Shown in pieces: positions 1-13,800 of a stretch of 64,000 nt of DNA (positions are counted from its first letter, which is position 1; each line of letters begins with the position of its first letter). The DNA lies in assembly GCA_964234715.1 (NCBI GenBank), contig OZ174275.1; one strand, written 5' to 3'. The notes under the pieces were generated by a model that did no database searches, had not been told where the DNA came from, and saw only the letters and a list, made by a program, of their open reading frames with translations. The stretch comes from Podarcis melisellensis. Its lineage: Eukaryota. The position numbers and the translations under genes are program-made.

Positions 1-260
1 TGGGAAGGTCCACATAGAGTACATTGCAGCAGTAATTCAGCCTTGAAGTCAACAGTGCCTGTGATTAAGCTCTCCTGGTCAAGGAACAACCATAGCTGTT
101 ATACCATGTGCAGCTGGTAAAAGGTGCTTCTAGCTGCTTAGGGTACCAGAAGCACTCAAAAATTGTGCGCCTGCCCCTTCAAGAAGAGAGCAACTCCATT
201 CAAGGTGGGCAAATGACAAATTTCTCTGACACGGGAAACACCCACGGTGCCTTCATCCTG
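1..260 (-). mobile_element. Degraded L2-clade LINE ORF2 fragment
   Basis: Reverse complement encodes a decayed (A)L(L)TSRL..CNVLYVDLP segment typical of the L2 RT C-terminal region. Confidence 0.55.
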
Positions 261-2217
261 CCAGGGTAGATCGATAGTGAAGGGGGCTTGAAGTTTGCAG
301 CTTGTTTTAGTCACTTGGAGGTATTAGGCCAACACCTTTCTGAAGTTGTATTCTTGATTTGGTAGGTTGTTCTGGTCAGATGAGATCAGGGGAAGGGTGG
401 ATGGTCCTTTCTTGCAGTTGAATCTTGCAGTTGAACCCTCAGGTGTAAGATGAATCAGAGGCACAAGTATCTTGTAGCTCTTTGTGTTTGTTTCTCATTC
501 AAATCTGAAACAGATCTTTTCAAGTCTCCCCTCACAAGGGGGTGAGCAAGTGTGGGGACAGCTTAGGAGAGCCAAGAGAAGAGATAAGAGTGAGATGACA
601 GAGCAGAAACAGGAAGTGTAAAACAGTTGTGCTTCCTGTTCTCCCTATTTAACTCGATGGCCTGTGTTCCCTTCTGTGATTTCTTGAATTCTATGATCAC
701 GAGGTCCCCTACAGGCTACTGGAGGAGGGGGAGCCCCTTCTCAATCTATGGGGAGGGGGAATGTCCTGTTCAGTTAAGAAAGCTAGTTCACATTTTAGAA
801 GACTATAAATAGGGTGGTGTGTGCTTTGCATCAAAAGGGGAAGAAATTTCTCTACAACCAGAATAATTATATGTATTCATCAGATGTACAGAATATAGCT
901 GAAGCTGCTTAATTCTCTTAGAACTTGTTCAAGACTAGAGGAGTTGGAGTAGCGTGTGTATTGGGAGGCAAGGACTTTGCATGGGTGCAAGAAATTTATC
1001 CCTTTGCTGGAAAACCCATCTGCAGTGCAATCCTAAACCTGCCTACTCTGAAGTAGGCCCCACTAATTTAGTGGGGTTTTCTTTTCCCCAGGCCAAATCC
1101 ATCCTCAAGAGTGGATACACACACATACCTAGACCCGAAATAAATTGACGATTGAATTTGTGCTATTTAGTTCATTTTTAAAAGCCTGCATTTTTGCTGA
1201 GGTGTCCCTCACTGTCGCTGTGATGGTCCTACTGCAGACAGCCTAGCTAGCATCCCAAAAATTGGGTGCCTCTGCCTTGACCTTTCAATGGCACCACTTC
1301 TCCCTCTCATGCTGCACTGTTGATAGATCTATAGTACTCAGGAATCTACATGTTTTTAACAAAGGCCATATTTTGAATTAAGGGAAGGTTAATCATTGGC
1401 TGCATCCATTGTCTCACTCCCACATGACCCCATATACAGGCAAGCACCTCTTTAAGCCCTCTCTGCTCCAGTATGAGTAGTCATAGGGGCTTTGGCAGTC
1501 TGCCCTATATTGTGCCCCTGAGCTCTGGCTTTCATGCGCAAGCCAAGCGACAGGCAAATGTGACTGAGCAGTTGTGATGCATAAGAGGAAATCAACACAA
1601 GTAATATGTGTGGGGATTAAATAGCCTTTTGCCTGAGTGTTGGTCCATGCAGGAGAAAAGCATCTTAGGTGAACAAGAGGCTCCTTATGATCAGGAGCTG
1701 TGCTTCCTATTCCTTCTCTACAGAGAGAACGTATTGGTGCTAATGAGCTGGCGCAGAGAGGTGCCATTAGGAAATAATGCCTGAAAGCATTAACCATTTG
1801 TACACAGCTTCCAGAATTTTAGTCTGACAATGTTTAGAACATTTAAAAACAATCACATGCTTGCACAGCTAATGATGTCAAGGGGTTGCCAAGAACAGTA
1901 TCTTCCAGCCATCATAGGCCTGGTTAAACAGGAATGTTTTTAAGTTGCTCCCAAACCTTAATAATGAGGGAGATGGATGCATCTCACCTGGGAGGGTATT
2001 CCATAAAGCCGGAGCCACCACTCAGAAGGCCCTGTCTTGAGTAAGTGCCAACTGGGCACCAACCAGTTATGGCAGCACTACTCGCAAGCTGATTGTAAGG
2101 TCCAAGGCGATTGATACCCTCCCCTGCCCTGAGCAAAATAATGGCTGCTGCCTTGAGAGCTGTCTCCTTTGTATTCTAGGGGGCCCTCATGCTAATCCTT
2201 TGCGTTTCCTCCTCCAG

Positions 2218-2388
2218 AGCGATCCAGAGTTGGTGCAATGGAAGAAGGAGCTGCGCGAAGCCTACCAGGAAGCCCAGCAGCTGCTGCAGAGGGTGCCCAA
2301 AATGAAACACAAGCCGCGCTCTCCGGTGGTGGAGCTCAGCAAGGTCCCTCTGCTCCAGCGCAGCAGCAGCAGCACCAACGGCCTCTGA
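2218..2388 (+). CDS. GRK2: G protein-coupled receptor kinase 2 (beta-adrenergic receptor kinase 1), last coding exon (end of PH domain and C-tail)
   Basis: Polypyrimidine acceptor ctcctccag|2218. Peptide [56 protein letters not shown] matches the GRK2 C-terminus, including the PRSP (S670) motif. Synteny with ANKRD13D and SSH3. Confidence 0.96.
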   Translation, partial: SDPELVQWKKELREAYQEAQQLLQRVPKMKHKPRSPVVELSKVPLLQRSSSSTNGL

Positions 2389-4344
2389 CCCTCCTTGACT
2401 TCCTCTCCCATCCTTAATTTATTTGGCTGGGTTTGTCCACCATCCCTACCCTCTCTCCTGTCTCCTTTCGCTGATCATTGTGATGTCCACCCCAGCCCCC
2501 TGGGGTATTATAGTGAGGGGGTGGGGCATCCAGAAGGTGTGGGACAGACTTCCCTCTCCCCATCCCCCAGCACAGGGGGACCAATACCCATTTGAAGGGA
2601 AGGAGCCTGGTTGGCAAGGTGGATGAGCGTCTACCCCACCCCCCTGCCCCCCACGAAGGAAAGCTGGGATTAAAGCCCTGCCTCTAAATAGGACCAATGG
2701 AAGGAGATGCCCTGAGGTGTGCCACACATCTTGTGTCCTCCCTGCTTCCTCCCCTGTGGCTGCCAGACATACGCTAGCGCACTCACGAGAGAGCCTGCTG
2801 GCTTAGGCCTTGCTCCCCATGGAGTGGCTGGCAGGGCATGTCCTCTCAGGTGAGTGAGTCCCTTCACACCAGCTGAGGTGAAGAGACGCATCGGCACAAC
2901 AACCCATGTTCCCAGCCCCTTTTCTTTCCAGTGCCAGGCTCTGGCATACGCTTCCACAGCAGGCCCCCTGCAGAAAGGGCGCCCTGGTTCTGGCATAGAT
3001 TGGATAGCTCAAAAGGGTGTATTTCCCGCCACCCGTCACTCACAGAATATCGGCTAGGCAGCCACTGTGCCATAAGCAATCCCCTTCAGCATTGGCTGGG
3101 TTTGGACTCTAGAGTGTGATAAGGAATTGCCTTGAAACTCTTACACTGTAACGAAAATGTCTAACAAAAAAATGAAGGCTTGCTCCTGTTCTGTTCTCTT
3201 CCCTTCCTCCCTGAGTTCACCTCCTGAATCCTTCCCTACCACCCTCTTCTGGTCCCGCCAATTGCCATTCCAAATCCTGAATTCCTGACCTGGGGCAGCG
3301 GCTGCTGCTGCTGCTCTTGCTGCCGCCTCAGAGTTGTAGCCTGCCCTCTGCCTCTTGCCACCCTGCTCTCCCAGGCATTCTCTTATCAACTGTGCCAAAT
3401 TTCAAGATTATTGTTGTGCCCTTCCCAGTTGGCCCCGTGGAGTCTGCAAAAGCCGTACTCCCTGGGGCTGAATCTGGACAAGCTCCTTGCGTTTGGCTTG
3501 CCCAGTCTCTGTACTATTGCCTCTGAATCTTCTCCTTGGAATGGGATGAGAACTGCCTCTTGCTCTGCTGTCTCTACTGCCAAATGCCCATCTTGCTTTG
3601 CTGTGGAAAGAGGGGAGGGGCAGCAGGTTTCATGCCAAAAGAGATTTCTGAGCTGCCTGGCCCCTCTGCTCTCAGGGCCTCTCTGGGCTGAGCCTGGAGT
3701 GGGGGGAGTGGGGGGGTGCGGTCACTGGAAGCTCGGCCTGGATGAGGCCCTGTGCCAAGTCCCAAGTGTCTGAAGGATTCTGTAAATATCTTTGTGCCAA
3801 GGGGGGGGCCTGGCTGGGTGTGGAAAAACTAGGCCCATTCTGCCCCTCCCTTCCAGTATCCCTCTGTATTAACAGCTCCTCCCACCCACCACCTCCCCTT
3901 CCCCTAGCAGTGTTACGGTTTCTCCCACAGGATGGGGAGAAATATCAGGTTGAATTGACCCTATATCCCTCCTCCTCCTCCTCCTCCTCTTCCCTCCATC
4001 TGCGGTTTAACAGAGGGGTTAAGGGTAGATGGCTTTCGTTTGGGGATCAGGTCTCTCATCCCCATGGTGTCATGCCCCAAGCGCATGCGATTGCCTCTGC
4101 TGCATGCCCCCCCCCACTCCGCCTCATGTGATGAGTTTTTGCCTGTTCTGCTACATGGCTCCCACATTCCTCCCAAGGCGATTGGCCCTGGGAGGGGGAG
4201 GGGTAGAGCGGGAGCCCCCCTTTCCCTGCAGTGTTTGTAAATATTGATCTCTGGTTTGTCTCTCTGGGTTATTATTATGGATTTTTTGCCGATTTTTGAA
4301 TGTGATTTTAATGAGTGGGATAAAAAGACTGTTTTTATAATAAA
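2389..4344 (+). other. GRK2 3'UTR ending at a probable polyadenylation signal AATAAA (4339-4344)
   Basis: Follows the stop codon; U-rich terminal segment with AATAAA at 4339. Confidence 0.6.
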
Positions 4345-4699
4345 AAAAATCCAAAACCCACAAAGCTTAGAAAAACGCAGGCTCTTCTGTGGCTCTCGGC
4401 ACCAGAATGCGTAAAACGTGTCGCTGACGTAGATTGAGTTGGGCTGTTGGCTCAGGGTTGTCTACTCCAGCTTTTCCAAAGCTGGTATCCAATCCAGGTG
4501 TTTTAAGAATACAGCCTCCATTAGCCCCAGTCAACAAGACCAATTGTCACAGATAGTGGGAGCTGTAGCCCACCAGGTTGGGGAAGGCTGGTCTATGGCA
4601 GAATCCAGCCCCAAGACTATGGAGACTGAAGCTGGGACCATAGGCATGCAGATTGTGTGTTTTCCATGGTGATATGGGTGCTCTGTTTCCTTTCTCTGG

Positions 4700-4840
4700 A
4701 GCAAGGATGAGAATTTTTTGGTCTTCCAGATGTTCCTAAACTACATCTCCCATCAGCCCCAGTCAGCATGGCCATTAGTCAAGGCTGATGGGAACTGTAG
4801 TTCAGTAACATCTGGCGGAGCAAAGTTTCCTCACCCCTGC
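4700..4840. mobile_element. Palindromic non-autonomous DNA transposon (hAT-like MITE); related copy near 4468-4590
   Basis: Internal inverted repeat cagatgtt..aactacatctcccatcagcc / ggctgatgggaactgtagtt..aacatctg. Confidence 0.55.
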
Positions 4841-6844
4841 TCTAAATTGAAGCATCCATTTAGGAATCTATGGTAGGAAGCACACAAATATGTCCAGAAA
4901 TTCTTGCATTATAATAGTTGACCAACCAACTCTCTCCTATGGTCTCAAGCTCCAAAGTAATAGAGTGCATCACTAACAAACCAAGTCCTTCTGCTGTCCC
5001 CATAGGATAAACAAAGTGGTGGGAGAACATTTCTGATATCCTCAATATTGCCATGCTTCACAAAAAAAAAAAAAAGGTTTCTAAGGGATACTCCAGCATA
5101 AAATAGCTAAATTAGAATTTATCATCAAATTCAGTTCTGTTCAATTTGGACCTAATGGGGACTGTGGTTCTCCCCTGCAAACATGCTATGGAAGTGCTGA
5201 ATTAGCACTGCATAGTAAATGATTCATGCCCCACTCTTCCCATAGAACCCATATGGGGGGTTTCATGAACTACAACCACTCTCAAAAAGAAAAAACAACA
5301 CACCTTAAAAACACTAGCATCAATAAACAGCAAAGAAAGATCAATAGGATTATAGTGACTGCTGCTGAGAGTACACCAGTCTGTTCTTATCTTGTATACA
5401 TTTGAGCTCTGCACAAAAACGTCACAGACCTGCTGCAACCCTTTGCATTTTATAGCCTCTTGGACCCACTGTTTACATTTCCCCCTCTACAGCTATGTGC
5501 ATGTATATATTATCTGTCAACTGAGGATAACACTTCATGCATCTGATGTCGTGCGTGCTAGTTCATGAAAGCTTCTGCCACAACAAATCATTCTTGAAGG
5601 TGCCACAAGACTTGCTTGTTTCTGATACAAGAGTCTCAATGAACTTACCAAAACAAACTGAGCACAGCTGGGCTGGAGCTTAGCACAACAGCTGGAATAC
5701 TTTTCTCTCCATAAAAGACCTTCATGGCCAGTGGAATTCCATTTCCCCATCCCTCTTAACAATATTTAATAGCATCTGTTTGAGGCAGAAGTGTAATGGG
5801 AGCTTTTCACAATCTAAAGAAAGCCATGTTGGAGTAAGCTTCCCTGTTGAATTTTTGCCCATCACATAACTCTTAAAAGCCAATGGAACCCCTCTCTGTC
5901 AAAAATGGAGAGAAAGACAGGCTGGGGTGTATGACTGGAGGTGGAGGGTTTATGATTCACAGAGCACGTTTCTTGACTCTTGAGAAGGAATAGTAACCTT
6001 TCCAAAGGAAAGGTTGCCTTGTTGTTTTAAAGGTGCCTCCTCTACACTTCCTGTGCTACATTTTTCTAGGCCTAGTCATGGAAGGCCTGTTTACTCCATG
6101 ACAGGTGAAAACAAATTCAGGTTTAACTGGGTGCCAACTACTTTGTTACTTCAACCACTGAACAAGTCTGTAACAAGGCAACACTTCCCCAAGCAGGTAG
6201 AGAGCAGGTCCTGCGTGTGAAAACCTGAGGGAGCCATTCCTGAAAGACTGTTAGTGCAAGAATCATATCCATGTCTACTCAGAATTAAGCGTCACTGAGC
6301 TGAATAAGATTTACTCCCGGAGGTATATTGGATGACCAATACCTGTGACCTAATACCCACTAAACACAGAGGGGCTCATTTCTGAATGCGCATGTCTAGG
6401 AATGTGTTTTTAGAAATGATTTCCCAGTCCTATATCCTTCTGGCTTCAAAGATGCATACACAAAACAACTTTAAATAAAAAGCAGTGGATAATCCATATT
6501 TAGGACTGGTAGGATAGAATTTAATTTCTAGAATGAGTTGTGTGAGGTTCAAGAAGCTTGGCTGGAGTCCTGGTTGTTCCTACTCAGTAGAGAAAGGTGC
6601 ACTCTGCATATGCTTAGGTGCACTAGTTTATTGAACCACATTTCACAGCTGAGCCCTGGCAAGGCAAACAGCGTAGGAGGCAGCTCCAGGTTTCAGCTCG
6701 CCACTAACCAGAAGCCACCCGCAATGCCTCCTGGTGCGATTCTTATTTCCCTGAATAATACAAGATGCAAGGGGAAGAAGGCTCTCTAACTGAACATGAT
6801 CCTACATATATCTCTACTCAGAAGTAAACTCGGCAGAGCTTAAT

Positions 6845-7075
6845 AGGCCCCAAACCAATGGATTCAAGTTGCAAGAAAGGAGATTTTAACTAAACACGAG
6901 GAAGAACTTGCGGTCAGTAAATGGTGTTCGGACTCCAGGTGAGGTGGCAGACTCGCCTTCCTCGGGAGGTTTTAAGCAGAGCTTGGATGGCCACCAGTCA
7001 CGTATGATCTAGCTGAGATTCCTGCACTGCAGGGGGCTGGACTAGATGACCCTTGGGATCCCTTCCAGTTCCTCT
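6845..7075 (+). mobile_element. CR1 LINE 3' end fragment
   Basis: aatggattcaagttgcaagaaaggagatt...ggactagatgacccttgggatcccttccag, the characteristic CR1 3' tail. Confidence 0.7.
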
Positions 7076-7850
7076 CGGGTGGATATCTGACTGCAGCCTC
7101 AGCCTTCCCGTCCGCCCCCAGCAAGCAAGCGGAGCCAAGCCGGCCCAATCGCCCACCCTTCTGGGGACAGGGGACCCCGAGGAGGCCGTGGCTCCTGCTG
7201 CCGGGGGCTGCAATTTCGCCTCCGCCCGCTTCCCCTGGCGGCTGACGAGGGAGGCAGGCTGCCCAAGGCGGCCGGCTCCGCTCCCTCCCGCTGCCGGTGG
7301 TGACGCAAGGGGTGTTGCCTGTCCTCGACGCCCAGAGCGTGGCCCTCTCGCGTGGGCTGGAGCGGGGAGCGAGCGAGGCCGGAAAAGTGCCTGGGCCAGC
7401 TTTCCGCGCCCCTGCCGCCGCTGTCTCCTCCCTGCGCCCCGCAGGCCCGCCCCTTCTCCCCCAGCCCCGCCGCTCCCTGGCTCTGGGTCGGCCCCGGGAG
7501 CCGCAGCGAGCGAACCCCGGCCAGGCCGCGCGTGCGCCCCGCCGTCCCTCCCTCTCCGCCTGCCTGCCTGCCTCTCCTCCCGGGAGCGCAGCCGCCGCCA
7601 CCGTCGCAGCGGGGCCCAGCGCAAAACCGAGCAGGAGGGAAAGCGCCGCCACCGCCGCCGCCACCCGGAAAGGCCTCGGGCAGAGAGGGATCGGAGCAGA
7701 GACCCGGCCGGGCGCGGGGACATGGTGACGGGATGGCCCGCATCACAGACGCCTTCCCCCTGCACCTGCTCGTCTGGCACAACCGGCACCAGGCGCTGGA
7801 CAGCGAGCTGCGCAAGGGACAGGTACGGGGGAGCCCCTCAACACCCCCCC
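7050..7850. promoter_or_regulatory. CpG island / promoter and 5'UTR of ANKRD13D
   Basis: Very GC- and CpG-rich stretch with GC boxes, directly upstream of and overlapping the first coding exon. Confidence 0.85.
7733..7822 (+). CDS. ANKRD13D: ANKRD13D exon 1
   Basis: [30 protein letters not shown]|gtacgg. Confidence 0.9.
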
Positions 7851-10800
7851 AATCTCCTAGGACTCCTTCCTTCCTTAACCCCGCATTCCAGGTCGCCCCT
7901 TCCAGCCGGAGTTGGAGATGTGGCAGCCAGGGAGGGGGATGTGATGTGGGATCCTTCCAAGATGGTCCCAGCCCTTCGCTCCCCCCCCCCCCTTGGTAGC
8001 CCTGCTGCTGCTGATGCCACTGGGAGGGAGAATGAACAAGGGCCAGATACTGGCACCTAGTATATCTGACTGCTGCTAACCTAGGTTTGTTCCATCTGCA
8101 TCCTGTTAAACCTGCCACATCCAGTTAACTTCCCCCCCCCTTCCCAGCCACGCCACACACACAAGCAGGAAAACTGCCCAAGGGGCATCTCTTGACCCCC
8201 CAGTCGTGATAGCATCATCACCTTTCCCCCACCTTTGTAATGCTCCTGGTCCCCTCTTTCCATTCCTTCTCTTTGTACCTCTAGATTGTAACTCTTTCCT
8301 CCTCACCCCAGCCGAACTGGTGGTTTCAGAATAGCTGTATAGATGTTTGATGATTCTTTTGGGCTGGGAATCCCCAACCTCATAATTCCTCATCAGACTT
8401 GGCAGTTGAAGCTTTGAAGCAAACAGCAATCCTCATTTGAGGCCATCTGTTTGGAATCCCAGAATCCACTGCTCCTTCGTCTTAGGCCCCCTTGTAGTGA
8501 TTTGGGCACATGAGGGCAAGACACGCGAGGGATCAGCACACTCAGTTGGATCTGAAGGGTGCCGTGATACTCAGTCCCATAACATCCTCTAGCAATCGAG
8601 GCCTAGTGTTTTTTTTTTTTTAAAAAAAAAAACAACCTTCCTGTGGTGGCTTCATGTTTAGTGCACTGATAGCCACCATTTTGGAAAAGAGAAAAAGGGA
8701 GAAAGGCAAAATAATCCTTAAAGATTGATGTCCATATGCACAGCTGGTATGGGTCTCTTTTAAAAATTCAATTCAATTCAATTATCAGAGCCTTCAAGCA
8801 AGTGCCAGCTCTAGCACCCTGTTGCATTGGAGAGGGGAAATTCACAGGGTTTCCTGCCTGCCTGCCTGCCCCTATGGACCACAGCTGAGTACAGGACTAG
8901 GCTGAGCATCTATTCTTTAAAAAACTCTTGGTTTTCCCACCTAGAGATAGACCCAAGAGAACAGAGTCATTAGAATACCTGTATGGGAGACTGACAGGAA
9001 GAGTTCTGCCTGGTAACTGATTTGGAACTGGGAGAAATGCAGACCAGGGAGCATGGCTTAAAAGAAGACTGGGCTGGAGATAACTGATGGTACCTGAGAT
9101 AATGATGGTTCCCATTTCTTGTTTTGGAAGGCGGAAACGGAGAATGAACTGACTTACAGATCTAGGGGGATGACTTTTGGGAGGATCTGAAAAAGAAAGG
9201 AATTTGGGGCAGAGGTTTGGTCAGCCGGATGTTTCTGGAATCTAATTACATAGGGCACTCCGGTGATGGCCTTGTTGTCAGTCCCTAACAGCTGATACTC
9301 AGAGGTATGTTACCTTTGAAGAGGGAGGTTCTATTTAATTTGGTGGTTGAGGCTAGTAGCTGTTGACAAACCTGTCCTCTGTGAATTTATCAAATCCTTT
9401 TTGAAACTAACTTAAGCTAGTGGCCATCAACATACCTCACAGCAGTGAATTCCATGAGTTAATTACCCCTTGAGTGACAAAGAATCTGAATTTGCTTTTA
9501 TCTTGTTTCTAAAAAATCATGGGCAGTATGGGAAAGGTGGGAGAGGAACGATTCAGAGTATGGCATACAGTGGCATCGCAACAAAAGTTGGGTCAGGGCA
9601 GATATTTGGAAGGAAATGGTGTGGAGGGTTTGGGGCTCTGCCTTGTGTTCAATTTGGCTAGGTCACTTGTCTCTCAGTCTCACCAGTTCTCCTTCTGTAA
9701 AATGGATGTTGCAGTATCAAATGTGAGGTCAAAGAAGTGGTTTGGTGTGTAGAGCTCATGCTCCACCTTTGCATTGTACTCAGGTTGCAGTCTTGGAGAA
9801 AGTCAGGTGTCTCCATCTAGTCCAGCATTCTGTTTCCAGCAGTGGTCAGCCAAATGCATCTGAAAATTTTACAAGCAAGGCCTGAGGTCAACACTGTTCT
9901 GCTGTTGCTTGTATCCAGCAGCTGACATTCAGAGGCAAATTCTTTCTGAATATTGTGGTGCTTCCATCAAATTACGACTTTCAGAGTGGGTGTTGGGTGG
10001 ATGGAGCTTTGAGTGGATGGAGCCTAGGCAAGGGAATGGCTTGGCAGGGTGGGCAGATTTGTAACATCCTGAATTTCTGAAGGTATCGGCTGCTGTTACA
10101 TCTTTTTTGCAGATGCTTTAGGATGCTCAGCCACCCTGCACATGACTTACCTTGGTGGTAGAAGAAATAACATTCTGACTATTTTCAAATATACTCTTTT
10201 GGTCAACTAGTCTGCAAGTGGAGTGAAAATAGGCCCAGCTTATGTAGGATATAAGAGACTCTGGGCTGTTCCAGGTAACACAGAAGGATTCTGGAGCTAT
10301 GATAGAACCAGCCAGACATCTCTGCAGCAAGCACTCCCATTGTTGGTGAATTGCTGGTAATCAGCTGTTAAAAAATGTGATTCTTAGCCCCAGTGCTTGA
10401 AGCGATTACACTACCCTCAGCATAAGGAAGGTGCCCATGACATCTGCACAAAGCACTACAGCCCTGTCTCCTGATCCATTTTTATTATCCATCCCTCAAA
10501 AGCGTATTTACTTGTGGGTTTGTTTGTTTTTTGTTTCTTTTCTTTAATTCATAAGCCATGTACTCTCCTTCTGTAGCACTTGAGTGCACTCTCCTTACAA
10601 TTAAAAACAAAACAGGTTGTTTCACAATATAGCTGGGCTAGTCCCTATTCTGTTCTATCATGTGGGGACAAAGGCCTTTGTGGTGAATGGCCCCTTCTAA
10701 TTGCATCTTGGAACAAGGCAGCATTTGCCATTGCAAAGAAGGTCCTTTCATCAGAAAGCCAAGACACAACATTAATTGATTTCCATACATACTTAGATTT

Positions 10801-13800
10801 CCCCCCACTTTTCAAGCAATCAAGAGTCTCCCAAAGTGGTTCAAAAACAGAGTCAGGCCCTGCCAGCAGCTTGCAAACTGAAAAGACGAGACACACAAGG
10901 AAAGGGAAGTGGAGTGGGAGAGAAATCAGTCCTTCCAGGCCATAACAAAGTGGGGAGCTATAAGAGAGGGCATTTATGCTCAGTGGAGGCCAGGGTAGGT
11001 AACCTTCCCTTGCTGATGTTCTCACTTGAATAGGAATTGTTGGCTCCAGCTCCTTTGAGCGGCAAGCGCTTCAAACTTCTCCCTTTTGATTCTACAGTCC
11101 TGGGGGGAGTTGAAGCTGAGTAGGAAGGGGGGAGGTGAGTTCCATGTAGCCTGATGGTTCTCTGGCTGGTGGTCGGGGCCAGGTTGGTCTCCTTGCCATG
11201 ACATTCTTCCTTGGAGGGCAACTGGACTGGACTGTAGCCCTAATGTGCTGCCCTTCATTTCTGCAGTCCCATCAAGGCTTTTGAATATCTGAATATCAGC
11301 ATGCGTAAGCTTAGATTAAGCAACAAGGCCGGCTCTTCTATTCTGGCCAGTGGATATGATACGTCATGGTCCCTTGGGTCGGATATTCTATAGGATATGT
11401 GAATTTTATCCTAGTATCCTGGATGTCCTTGTAGGTCAGGGACAGCATTATCTGAGGACGAGCTCTGAGTGAATCTTCCTCTTTTGCAAGAGATACTGGT
11501 GCAAGGGCATTAAAACCCTGCTGAGTCCTAGCACTGAAAACTGTTTCTAGGAATGAGCCCCAGCGCAGAGAAAGCCTCAGCCCTTGTTCTCCTGCAAAGG
11601 AATGCCCACCTATCTCATTAATCCTATGGCTCTTTTGCAGCACGATATTGAGATGCTGGACCCACGAGGCCGAACGCCCCTGGAGCTGGCCGTGTGCCTG
11701 GGGAACCTGGAATCTGTCCGGGTGCTGTTGCGACACAATGCCAGTGTGGGCCAGGAGAATGCCAACGGCTGGACAGGTATGAAGGTTCAGTGGGCAAGGG
11801 TATGTGCCCCATGTTAGTCCGTTTCAATTTCTGTCTCCTCTGCTTAAAGCTGGGGTGAGTTGCACTTACAACATCCACGCTGGCTGTAGGCTGATGGGAG
11901 ATGGAGTCCAACAAAACCTGGAGAGCCACATGTTCATCAGGATCATCAGGCTGCACGACTGTGAAACGCCTTCTGCTTGAGACCTTGCAGTGCTGCCACC
12001 TAAAACTGGGCTCAATAACAGTCGTTCATATTGAAGCATCTCCTTATATCCTAGGCAAGGGGGGAAATAGAAGGAATGTGTTGAAAGGGTTGTTGTGAAA
12101 GCTAAGCAAGGGAAGACAGCAGTTAAGAAATGAAAGACCTGAGGCGTGAGGGCTGTGGTTTTGAGGGGTAAGCAACACGAATGAAAGCCAGAGTCCAGTG
12201 CCTAGGCCAGTACTGGGGTAATATGTGTGCTTTGAAGGCAGAACTCTTCCCGGCACTTTTGTTTAAGGCACCTATTCTTGCTTCTCTGGCTTAAGTTTCT
12301 GTAGCCTTGCTTTGCCATGCCTAGGATGGTAGAAGTCTCCCTGGGAACTGAGCACTGATTGGCATGATACCTGTGCCCTTGGCAGCCAGACATGTCCTTT
12401 TGGCAGATCAATAGGCTGTCTGCTCCTGGTTGGGAGTGAGGTTAGAGGAGAAACTCGTTTGGACTTGAGAGATGATGGGCACAGTGAGTGGGGCCAAGAA
12501 GCCAAATACTGATTTTTTTTCCTCTGCCTCTCTAGTCCTGCAGGAGGCAGTAAGCACAGGGGACCCAGAGATGGTGCAGCTGGTGCTCCAGTATCGCGAT
12601 TACCAGCGGGCCACACAGCGCCTAGGCGGCATCCCAGAATTGCTCAACAAACTGCGCAGAGTATGTACTGTCAACTTCAGTCCTTGTGTATTTATCAGTG
12701 TCTACATATTTTATTATAGGGGTGCCCAACCTGTACTCTTGTCAGGACCCCTGGTGAAGAAATCTTGCCAAATCTGCCCTCTCTTAGGATCTTATTGGAA
12801 TCTCCTTTTCTTTCTAAAACTCTGGTTGTGTTTGTGTTAATTAAAAGCCACAACCCTCTCTCTGGATACTTCTTCCATAGAGCACCAGCATTAAGTCCCT
12901 CACTTTTGTGTGGGCACAGAACCATTGCAATTTAACCATTCCTATGTTCTTCTAATGCATACTTCAAGAAGGGAAACACTCTTGTCCCTCCCACATTCCC
13001 TTGCGAAGGGGCTTGGAAGACAAAGCATTTGAACAGCATGGTTTCAAGATGACAACGGTAGCAGTTACTCTGCATCCCAGAAGCATCAACCCTCTTCTCC
13101 TTTAAGCCCCCTGGGATGTTCAAAAGCACTCTTGGGTTTTCTAGCCAGCAGTTGCTAGATCTAATTGAACTCCCATTGGCAAAGTGTGACTCTTAATAAG
13201 ATTATGGTCACAGCAAAATGTAGTCCCTTTAGAGAACAGGGATTGGCTGTTCTCGCTGCCCCTTCTCTCACTTGAGTGCTCTGCCCCCTCACTTTGGTTC
13301 TCCATCTCCACAGGCTCCTGATTTTTACGTGGAGATGAAGTGGGAGTTTACCAGCTGGGGTAAGTCAGTGCTTCACTTCTGGGAGTGGTCCACAAAAGCC
13401 CGAGCAGGTGACAGGAGAGAGCTATCCAAATAGGGAGGAGTTTGGCCTGGGGAAATGATGCAGCTCAGAAAACCTCCTGAGCTCAGAAACATAGACGACA
13501 TTTTGAGGAAGAAGGAAGCATTCTCCTTTCTCTGTGGTGGGTGCCGTGGCTTCACCAAGGAGCAGAATCCATGCTATTGACACGTGGTGTCCTAGTCGTG
13601 CTCCAGAGATTAGAAGTGTGACACTCTGAAGGAATGAGGTGATGCCAGGCAGAGAGGGCAAGAAGTACCTCTCAGCCATGAGACTCATTGTGTACTTTGG
13701 AGCATGTCGCTGTCTCTCAGTTTGACCTTCCACACAGAGGCTATGGTGCCTCTCTGAAGGGCTGTAGCTCAGTGGGAGAGCACCTGCTTTTCACACAGAA

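Noticed and set aside
6972-8118. Several 200-340 aa overlapping ORFs on both strands
   Set aside because: Stop-poor artefact of the GC-rich CpG island; low-complexity Ala/Arg/Pro/Gly with no domain. Only 7733-7822 is real coding sequence.
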